Source: Trichoplax adhaerens
Taxonomy: Eukaryota > Animalia > Placozoa
NCBI RefSeq assembly: GCF_000150275.1
Contig: NW_002060953.1
Coordinates: forward strand, 543,432 to 607,431
Reading direction: 5' to 3'
Length of the DNA stretch: 64,000 bases
A program made the translations under genes and the position numbers. Every line of letters starts with the position of its first letter. Within the stretch, counting starts at the first letter, position 1. Below the pieces are notes generated by a model. That model ran no database searches. It saw only the letters and a list, made by a program, of their open reading frames with translations, and was not told the origin of the DNA. Shown here piece by piece: positions 35,401-46,600 of this stretch.

Positions 35401-38400
35401 CAGTATGGTCCTAAACGTTGGTCGTTAATAGCAGAAAAGTTGCAGGGAAGAATTGGAAAGCAATGTCGAGAAAGGTATATTTACTAGAGATAGGATCATC
35501 GCCGACATACCATTTCTATACTATTATGGTGCATATAGGTTGTAACGATGTCTTATGCTATACATATATTACTAGATGGCACAATCACCTTAATCCTGAC
35601 ATAAAGAAATCGGCTTGGACTCAAGAAGAAGATCAAATTATATACGAATCGCATAAAAAGTTAGGAAATCGTTGGGCAGAAATTGCAAAATTACTCCCTG
35701 GAAGGTTAAAAATTATGTTAAAATTAGTTTTGAGATTAGCGCCAATAAAACATCATGCACTATAATCGTATATACGTATACGAGTACTGTATATGATGGA
35801 CACAATTCTTATAGTTTTTTTTTTTTATGATGGGTATGGAAATTTATTACTGATCAATTCATTCGGCTTCGTGTACAACTTTTAGAACTGATAATGCTAT
35901 CAAGAATCACTGGAATTCGTCGATGAAAAGAAAGATCCATGTATACGAACAGAGATCAAGAGATGCACTAATACGCCGTCACGGTAGCCAGAGAAATTCT
36001 AATCGAACCCATATTGTGAGTAAAATACAGCACAGTACTGTATACTGTACATCGTAATTTTTGTGTCTTGCTTTGAAAGCAATACTTGATAGCAATCGTC
36101 TAAGTTTATACTGGCCAATGCCGTGTGATGTTGATGACAATGGCTTCGAATTTTAAAAAATTGTTGCTAAATTATATGTACATTATATACAGTATTAATG
36201 AATTGATATTTCCGTCTATCTGCCCATGTATATGTGAATATCTACTATTGCTTATGTGGTATATAGTTTGACACATCGATGCAATCAACTGCTGAACAAC
36301 AGAAACATTATCGAAAAGGTTACATTGATAGTATTCCATTTATAAAGTTATTTATACATAGTATGAGACTAATTCCTTTCGAAATTTTATTTCTTGATTG
36401 TAGAAATGAGTAAACCTTACAAAAAAGTTACGATAATCGGAAATGGTCCTGATAAAGAAAATACAAGTCAAATTTATAACGTACAGACTGTGAGTAATAA
36501 TTCGTCATCCAGCAATAAACAGCCGCACCCATTACAACCGATTGGTAGTGTAACTCCTGTTAGACCTTCACAGCAACTTGTTGGCGAAGAAAATGTTGAT
36601 TTAGCAGATATGTTGTCTCCTTTTAAAGGTATAAATTTTATCCACTTCAAACATTTCATTGTCTGTGAAACATGTATTGCGATGATGACCTGACTATTTA
36701 ATGGACTAAAAATTTTATCGTCTAATGATGATATTAACAGGCCTACCGTCAGACCTTCATAATGAAGTTTTATTTGATATTGATGCTTCTGGATGGGATA
36801 TTAATGCTTTCGATTGCTTTGGCGTAAGCACGCCTTATTCGTCTGAAAAGAGAAAACTATCAAAAAGGAAAGCATCCCCTTTTAATATGGCGAAGTTGAA
36901 TTCCCCTGGTGCTACGGGTTGGTATAATAAGAATTAAGACATAATCTACTGCCATGATTTGTATTAAAATACTAGCTTTCGTAAATATTATTTTCTTGCT
37001 TATTTAGAATTTAGATTTAACGGACATTTACTAGCAGGCCTTCAAAGTCCACCTGGGTAACGTATTTTCCAATTATAAGATCTGTTCGTCATCTGTAATC
37101 GTTTTCGTGATTTATTAACAGATTGACTATGTCTAGGCTCATCCCAATGTCATCACCGGTAATATCACGATTTACGACACCTCGAATTTTACGAAGAGCG
37201 AAGAGAAAGAAGCATGTATCCGTACTATCACAGTCTTATCCTAATAAAAAAAGTGAATACTTCTCAATAGAGTAGTAGCAATGCATTACAACTCGAATTT
37301 TATTTTTTACTGACCAAGTTGACTTTATTCATATACTATACTGAGGTGATAATTGTTAGCTATATTGTCGAATTCGGTTAACATATTGATATCAATATTG
37401 TATCAACCTTAACGTCACTTACAGCGATCAGCTCTCTCAGACAGGACAAACCTATCTCTGGAACAAAATTCATCCATTATTAGTGCTAAAGGAAGGAATG
37501 ATATTTCATTTGCGACGCCTCTTAAGAGTACTCCGATAAAGTCTTTGCCCTTTTCTCCGTCACAATTTTTAAACAGCCCAGATACGTTATCAAAAAATTA
37601 TGATAGCCATGCGTTGGATTCTTCTGCAGGTATTAATAATAATAATGAACAAGATTAGTATTACTGTACTGTATTATGAACAACTTATTGATATAAAATA
37701 AAGTATGATATTGTCAGTAGAGTACTAAGTCTGTATAAAAACAATTCTTTTTTATAGTTTTTCTGAATGCTTCCACTCCGGTAAATTCCTCCCAGCTAAG
37801 TGGTATTGAGTATACTGATACTAGAGATGGCAGACTAGAAACGCCAGTTCTAATAAAATCACTGCTTGATGCTGCGCCTCGGACGCCAACTCCTTTCAAG
37901 ACTTCATTTCGTCAGCTGGAACAGCAAGGGGGCAAAGTTGAGAAATTGGTAATCATCAATTTCGCTATAAATAATTTGGAGTGACTTTAAATATGAATTG
38001 ATCAGTGTATCTTTGCCAACATTTTCAGACCCCTGGCAATGGTAGCTTTATTGATGATTTTAATGACTTGATCTTAAATGATGCCTCAGCTGCATTTGCT
38101 ATGGATTCTCCGTTAATAACGAGCAAAAAAACACGCAGTGTTAGAAAGTTGATAAGAACTCCTGGAAATGATAATATGTGTAAGAAATTTGACAAAGCCC
38201 TATGCGTCAGGTTATTCAAATCTCCTCCAAAGCAAGAATCAAAATCGCGTACAAGCAATAAGAACTCAGCAACATCCAGTCAGCTAGAGGATTTGGTAAA
38301 ATTTCATGTTCCTAGGCACTACTAGATGTCGGATCTTATAATTACTTTGATACCTGCATGGATTCTAAGATATTTAGCATGCCCATCGGCTTAGCTATTA

Positions 38401-38979
38401 TTCATTATTTTAAGTTTTTTTTACTTTTAATATCCACGTGTTGTTCTACTGCAAATTGATTGATGGAAGGACTCACAATAATTGTATAATAGGACGAGAT
38501 TATTGATTTCTCATTGATAACACAAGATCGAAATTCAAACGCAAACGAAGCCAATACTAGTTCATCCTCAAGCTTTATAATACCAGGCTTGTCACAGACG
38601 GTAAGTATAGTATTGTATGTATTTTATTGTGGTAACTGAGGTATTCTGATAAACAGGAATAGAGAGATGATCATCTTTGATTTATCTGTAGAAATCCCAA
38701 GACGGATGTAACTTTGTTAAAGGTAAAATGCAACAAGAAACGCCAATAAAGCCGTGTGGAAAGGTAATGTCTTTTTTGTTTCTTGCTAGCTACCAGTAAG
38801 TAAGCGTTGTTATAAGTCTAATTGATTGCGCCTGTATTTTATACGAACAGATGAATGCTTTGCCTAGTATTGCTTGGGAGGCTGTCGTATACGGACAAAC
38901 TCCAGATCAGAAATTGATTACGGAACAAGCTAAGCAGTTTTTACAGGAAAATTGTAAACCAAGATCCCTTCGTTTATAA
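32433..38979 (+). CDS. MYB: Three-repeat (R1R2R3) Myb transcription factor, animal A/B/c-Myb family
   Basis: KTRWTKEEDEKLK...QCQHRWQKVLNPELIKGPWTKEEDE...GRIGKQCRERWHNHLNP...[50 protein letters not shown]; and C-terminal WEAVVYGQTPDQKLITEQAKQFL, resembling the MuvB-binding domain. Stop at 38977-79. The first exon (32433-32455, MDTLHSLG, GG|GTAAGT, phase 2 matching the exon at 34673) is inferred. Confidence 0.95.
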
Positions 38980-39868
38980 TCGTTAGACTGCACCTTGCGT
39001 TCGTTAGCCATCCATATCACAACTGAACGTTAAAACACATAATTTAAAATATGAATTCATTTTATATGACTTTAGAATGATGTAGTATGTGGACGGATAT
39101 GGTAAAATTTGTGTCCATTTTTACATGACCATTAATACTTTGTTGTATATACTATCTCTTTGCCTTACTTTAGATGCAGACTATCTACTCTTATCGCTAT
39201 GTATTTTTTGCAAGACTATTTTAAAGCTCATAAAATGTTAGTTTTCATTTACTTTTAGCTCTGAGACAATTACACTATATTACCCTGTTACCAAGAAATT
39301 AATGTTGTTATCAGCGCAGTTACTTGTGTATTAGTATATGAATTGCGTTTACGGTGCTAGTGCAGGTGTAAAAAATACTTTTAGTTATAACTGCTAGTGA
39401 AACTAATCTGGATATCGTTGAACGTTTCGTTGATGAAAACTTTGGTTAGATTTAGTTTAGAAATACGTTATGCATTGTATGGCGTATTTCATTATGCATA
39501 TATATTATGGATTTACTCTAAAGCGACTGCAATAGCCACAAGTACATAATGTAAAACTGTATTGGATACTAAGAAATATGAAAGTATTTATAATTGACCG
39601 TCAAGTACCATACGTATTTGCATGTTGTAAATAATCTTGTAAATATATATTTTGTTATGCAATGACGTTATTCATTTAAAATTTTTGTTCAATGTTATGC
39701 ACACTAAGTTGAATAGGTATTCTTGTTGAAGTATTGATAATATTGATTATAGATAAGAATAAAATTACCTTGCTACAATTTGTGCCAATTGAATGAAGAC
39801 GTTAGAGATTATTTGCCTTGTAGTTGAAATTGAAAAATGATACTATTGTAGGACTTTGTACAGTAGAA

Positions 39869-40066
39869 AAAGGCTACGATGCAGCATAGTCTTTTTATTG
39901 TTACTCTAGTAAGCTAGATGAAAGTGAAGGGAGGCAAAAGTTTAATTTATCCTAACGTTGAAATTTGAAATTGATATCGGAAGAGTGTTGTAGACAAAAG
40001 GTTACGATGCAGCATAGTCTTTTTATTGTTACTCTAGTAAACTAGATGAAAGTGAAGGGAGGCAAA
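39869..40066. repeat. Local direct duplication (~70 bp near-identical core, ~129 bp period)
   Basis: TACGATGCAGCATAGTCTTTTTATTGTTACTCTAGTAARCTAGATGAAAGTGAAGGGAGGCAAA occurs twice. Confidence 0.9.
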
Positions 40067-42099
40067 TGAAATATTTCATTGGGTAAATTTATATTGGTCG
40101 TCCTGATTTTAATTTTCCAATTAGTCATATTACGCTATTCAATCTAATTTATTGAATTGTCATGGACAGTGGGAGTGTACACCTTTATATCATTTTACGT
40201 GCATTAATAATCGTCATTTCATACATGTGCAGCGCTCGTCTTGTTAATTTAATTATAATCATCACACCATAAAAGTTACAATAAGTGTTTCTTTTGAATT
40301 CACAAGTCGATTATCGAGAACAAACATGCAACTTTGAAATAAATAAATAACAGGAACTACTCAAAAAATTCTCTTAGTAGTCCGTGGAAGTAATATGTTG
40401 GACTACATCTTACGTGGTGTACTAACTCGCTAAAAGGACAAATTGTTGGTAAATTATTGGTTTCGTTGTTATTATACTGATAAGTCCATTAGCAACAAGA
40501 GACATTTGTGAGTGTAGATATTGCATTTCCCGTCGTTGATATTAATGCTGCATTCGTTCGTTCTAGCGTAGTTTGTTTGATGTATAGTATATGTCCATAA
40601 CTTACATGCGTCTATATACACGTATACACTGTACAATACCATCCAATGTTGAACCTGAATTGCATATTTTTCTTACTAACATTGCTGAATAATAATATCC
40701 AATAGGTTTTTTGCTGTATAATGATGCTCTTGCTCTATAGAATTAAAGTCTATGTAAACGTCAAATGGGCTGAGTAAATACTGAATTGCTTCACTTGGAA
40801 TTGTCTTTTAAAAGCCTATGCTCCGCCATACATCGAGCAACATAATAAGGTAATAAATAATCTAATCATGACAGATTCTAACTTTTAAAATGCAAGGACA
40901 GATTAATTATAGAATGCAAATAGTCAATCAAAAGAGCCGATGTCAATGTTCATAATGCATAATTCTATGTTGATTTTGATTTGATGTAATACATAACTAT
41001 GTAAAACTAGATTTGTATCTTCTTTTTTTCTTTTAGTAGACCCTGTTTACGTAGCTAAAATTTCGATGTCAGTTGTGGAATTTGTTGGTATCAAGTTCCA
41101 ATTTATTATTCATTACTATGCTTATGGTGATGATTGATTTGTCTATAGTACAGTATATATTGTGGATCAACGCTGCCTAGTGTACCTTAACCTAGATTAT
41201 CATAAACTAGGATGAAATCCGTAGGTTGTAGATGTAATGCGAGGATAATATTAGTGCTTCCTTTCAGCGTCTTTTTGTTGGTCTTGGAAAATGTCCACGT
41301 ACATCTGTGAAACAACACTTGTAGTCTACTCTTCAACGGTATAGCACTAACGTACAATTTCATCGTTCTTTGACAGTAACTTGCTTGTAAAAGAGTGGAA
41401 AAGTTTGTCTTATGAGTAAGGATACATTGAGTAAGCAGACTGGAATTGTTTTTCCTAATCACTATTGACTGTTAGACTGATTGATCGTAATTCAGTCGGT
41501 GTCTATTTACTCTATCGATTGGGAACGCCCTTTACTGTTTGGTTAGTGTCCGTATTGTAGTATACTGTACAGTGTACAGTATAGTACAGTATGCAGAGCA
41601 ATGGTGATGGCAATGAGGCAGCGAGCCAGGGGATGTCTCAAATTGGTGGAGTAGACGGCCGCTGCAGTGCGCGGTTGGATGCCGTCAAGCCTCTTGGACT
41701 GTTATTGCTGTTTATGAATATTGATCCTCATCTTGGTACTGGACATTATGTCCAAATGGAAAGTGAAAACCACCACGAGCGTACTGACTTAAGTCGTTTG
41801 ATGGGATCCTTCTTCACTAGTAGCTGATGCCATACCGATCGCTATCGATCCAGACTATTAGCATTGACTGCATGATGAATGAATGGACAATGGTACACTG
41901 CAGAATAGCATTTTTAGCCTTCATTCTACAGGGAATGGTACATTTACAGTAGAGTACTGGGTTTGAGCCGACAATGGATCGCAAGGGCATGCAGGCGGTC
42001 TTTACCATGGACTTTTTTTAGATACCTCTGCAAGTCCATGCCTCCATTGCCTATGCGTTGACAGTCGCTTGCAGGCTTGATATCAGTACATCGAGTTGG

Positions 42100-42860
42100 A
42101 TGCATTCTGACTGGGGCTACAGTACTGTACAGTACTGTACACTGTAGAATGGAAATTGTTTTCTTGGATATGTTTGACTGGTAAAAACTAGAAGTAAAAT
42201 GCTGAAAGAAAGACCTATCATGATGCGTTTTGCTGTACACATAGGTCTCTTATTGTAGAAAATGAGCCCTCAATAAGGAGCTATTCGCACCAGTTAAAAC
42301 CATGCATTTGCGATGAATTTTGTTGCAAATTGGTGCCAAAATAGCAATATCGAATGTACAGTACTGTATGGGATTACAGTACATACAGTACAGTACAACG
42401 ATGCATTGTGGCTGGGGCTACTGTACACTGTAGAATGGGATCCGCTTTTCTTGGTTATACTGTACAGTATTGGAATGGTCAAAAGTAGAAGCAAAACCCT
42501 GAAAAAAGACCCATCGAGATGCATCTTGCTGTAGGCATACAGTAGGTCTCTTATTGTAGAAAGTATGCCCCCAATAAGGAGTTATCTGCGCCTGTTAAAA
42601 CCATGCATTTGCGATGAATTTTGTTGCAAATTGGTGCCAAAATTGCAATATCGAATGTATGGGATTACAGTACAGTACAGTACAACGATGCATTCTGACG
42701 GGGTTACTGTACACTGTAGAATGGAATCCGCTTTTCTTGGTTACGCAGTATTGGAATGGTCAAAAGTAGAAGCAAAATGCTGAAAAAAGACCCATCGTGA
42801 TGCATTTTGCTGTAGACATGGGTCTCTTATTGTAGAAAGTGAGCCCCTAATAAGGAGCTG
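42100..42860. repeat. ~290-300 bp tandem repeat, about 2.6 copies, upstream of the B4GALNT gene
   Basis: ATGCATT...GGGGYTA..CTGTACACTGTAGAATGG...GGTCTCTTATTGTAGAAA...AATAAGGAG starts at ~42100, ~42401 and ~42688. Confidence 0.9.
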
Positions 42861-43639
42861 TCCACGTCCATCCTAAAACAATCTCGAATGGATGGGATTA
42901 GACTACACCGCTCAGAGACCAAGGCGGCGGACACAGTACAGTAGACTGTAGACCCTGTGCTGTCCATAACAGACAGACAGACAAACAGACTATCGTGAAT
43001 ACTGTAGAGGGTCTGTTACTGTAGTGTAAAGTACAGTGTGAACCAGTTCGAATCAGAGTACTTTAAGGTGCCCTAAAATCACGAGAGTGAATCAAAATGT
43101 AATCAAAATTATACGAATATAAAGCTGAATAACTTGGCTTTTTAATTTAATGAATTAAAATGAGGTTAATTGAGCAACTTACTGCACTACTGTCCTGCTA
43201 GAATACCTACCTACAGTACGTACTGTAGTCCAGCGTACTCGACCATCGACGTCATCAAGGCGGAGTCATCCCCCCCCCCATTGTTCTCCTCTACGCCCTC
43301 AAGGCCTTCAGTCAGCTGGCTGTCAGAAGGAACGAGTAGTCAGTCAGTCTGTCAGTCAGTGGTTGCCCAGTGTTTATCCATCAACAAGAAGGAGAAAAAG
43401 CAACCAACGTGTTTGCTGTCGGCCGGCCATAGTAGTTGTAGTAGTGGTTCTTTTTCATCGCTTGCTTTTTAAAGGTGATTTACAAGCGTCTTTCTCCTCT
43501 CCACTACTGTATACTACCGAGAAGGCAAGTGGATAGGCAATTATTGGACGTTGTTGTACAGTAGTGGTCATCCATTGAATAGCCACGCCAATCCATTGAG
43601 TTGAACAAGACCCAAGTTGCAAGTCATCATCGATCGACG

Positions 43640-46600
43640 ATGCCACGTAAAATTTCCTTGAAGAAAGTCATTGCTTTAACTTTAGTCGTCACTATTGCTT
43701 GCCTAATCTTAACTGCATTTCAAGCTGGCCAAAATTCATTGGCTGTCAAAGGTAGGTTAAAATACAACAGTCCGTCTTGATCGACAATACAATACCATAC
43801 TTTCCATCCTTGGACATAAAATACTTGCTTCTCCTGATTCAATCATCGTCATCATCTTCCAATAAGAGACAAGACCAGTCTAGCCAAGAGGACTCTACTT
43901 TTCCTTCCTATTCCTTCCATTCTCATCATCATTCTATCAACCATGACAAGGGAAATCATGTCCTTGTTGGACTTTATTGCGATAGCAGTATCCACAGACA
44001 GTACATAACAACAAATCCATACGATCATACCATCATTCCTATCTCCTTGACTAAATGGATACATTTACCAAATAGAATGTGGATAACGTTACAGGAGAAT
44101 GCCGGCCGGCGCGTAGTCCTGGCAAAATCAGATCATGACTTCTCATTTCTACTGTATTACTTTCTATCATCATCATCATCATCAAGAAATACAAGGGAAA
44201 GGATATTTTGATTCTTCTTCTTTGGGATAACAGTATAGAAATACATAGACAACTTTGGATAAATACCATGATACAGTAGGATTCTTTCCATATTATTCTG
44301 AACCAATGGATACTTGCTTCTTCATGCAATGACTTCGCAAGGTCGATATTTACTCGTAGTATTTATGATAACGGGATAGCAGAAGACAGTCTAGGCAAAA
44401 TGGCATAACTCTTTCTCATTGCTAGTTCTATCCATCATCATTCTCCACAAAGAGTGGGGAAAGGATCTTTTTGTTTGTCTTGTTTAAATAAGACTAGAGC
44501 CAAATGCATGACATTGGATAAAGAAGACGATTCGATCGTTTCCATCTCTTTGCCAGATACTGTACTGGCTTTTCCCTGCTATCGTACCGTTTGATGCCAA
44601 TAACATTAAACAACCACTTCCCTTTCGCATTGCTTGAAATCATCATCAAAATAGAAAGAAAATGATATTCTTCTTTTCTCTTCCTTTCTTGCATACGAGT
44701 GTACAAATAACTAGACCAATTTCATGGGATAAATGGCATAAGAAAATAATTTCTACAGTATCTTGTTGAACATTACCATGATCACGTTCCATAAGAGAAT
44801 ACTGTTCCATAGTACAATAAATGAGACGGCCATTTCTCTCTCACTCACATTCCTTTCTAGCTTCATCAAGAAGTAGGAGGAAAATCATGTCCATGTTTTT
44901 ACAATCATTCGCTTTTGCTTGTTGTTACATGAGGAGGAGAACGTTATAGGAGAATACAGTTATGAGAAAGATTGGACAACCCCTTTTCATTCTTTCCCAT
45001 CATCGTCAAGAAACGCCAAGGAAATAATGTTAGGGTTTTCTTTCTTTTCTTGCTCATGGACAAGTGGACAAAATGACATTGGATTCATTAAATGATACGA
45101 TTATTTCTATCTCGGTGACCAATACTCCCATCAATTATCCACGCTATATCATCCTGATAACATTGAATCGGACTACACCAGCGATGAAATAACCAGTGCC
45201 TACTGTCATTCCTTTCCGTCAAAAGTAGTCAGAAAATTGTGCCCTCTTTTTCTACTAAATCATTTTACAGATATTGGCTAACCATGACTTTCTGACTATA
45301 GCCCTTGCTCTTAACCCACAACATCAACATACACTCTTCAATGACAACGCTCAAGGATATTCAATTCTATTCACCTTCATACTGTAGGGTAGTAAATGAT
45401 TTTTCCGTCTGATTTTTTTCCTTTCCATCTACCTTGAATTTTTTGGCCGGTGGTCAGCCAACAATGATGTCATCATTGTTGGCTTATGCTGTACTTTAAT
45501 GCTCTCTTTATCCTTGCCCATGTCAGTAGAGCATCCCTAGTTAGACATGGATCAGATCTATTTTCTCTCTTACCTTAATTAATGGATTTCCAGTACTGTC
45601 ATGGACATCAGTGCTGTTGTTATTCAGAAATAAATTATCTTGCGCATTATTAATGAAATATTCTGCTGTACACTAATATATCAACGACAGCCTTTGATAT
45701 AGACGAGTACTTTACTATTCGTCTACATCAATCGCGATTACTCTTTGAGTCCAAAAAATGCAATAAGAGTGAGAGAGAGTGAAGAAAAAGCGCTTGCAAG
45801 ATAATATCGTTCTTAGCCAAAGTGCATAGTGTAATCATGAATAAAATGTTTAAAGAGTCAATAATAATATTGATAATTATTTTTTTTACAATGTTTGATT
45901 AGCTCCATTGGAAAACAACATCGTCATTAACAGAAAACCTGCCGATATACAAATTAAACAGCGATCGATCATTGTCGATTCGCCTACTACAACGCCAAGT
46001 AAATCGGTGAGGATTGTAGATTGAAACTACTGTATTAAAATGATTGAAGTTGTTATTGTTGCTGTTATTCTTCTTAATTAGATTTATCCTTTAGCTTACT
46101 GTTATTTTTACTGCCATATCCATTGACTGAAGTTATTACTCTAAAATAAATATCACATCAGAAATTCCCTATCGACACTCAATAATTATACTATACCTAA
46201 ACGGCCGAGATAAGGCTGTAAGGGATACAACTGTAGATATACAGTATCAAATTTATTCTTGAAAATAGTCCATGCGATTTACCACGTATTCATTTTATTC
46301 TTAAAATTCACCATCCTACTTTATTAATGGATAGAAAGGGACGCGATATCATAGCAGTCGATAAAATTTGAAATGTACGCCATTTTCTTATTAGAAATGG
46401 ATCATCATCACACTAGTTAATTCATGTCAATCATGACCATATCGCTTTCGTCAATCCAATAAGTCAGACATGTTCATTTGCTCTTCAAATTCATCATCCT
46501 ATCCAATAATTAGAATGCATTGCAATAGCCGATTGAGTGCATTTATTGATGAAATTTTAGGTGTACCAATTTTGTTCGTTAAATTCATCATATCCAATCA

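Noticed and set aside
41955-42015. tRNA/SINE-like A- and B-box resemblance on the minus strand (GTCCATGGTAAAG...GGCTCAAACCC); also GTTCGAATC at ~4912 and ~43047
   Set aside because: No cloverleaf could be built and the box matches are imperfect or isolated.
43777-44706. 144-aa and neighbouring ORFs in B4GALNT intron 1
   Set aside because: They derive from degenerate TCATCA-rich intronic repeats. Exon 1 (phase 1) splices cleanly to the exon at ~45903 without them.
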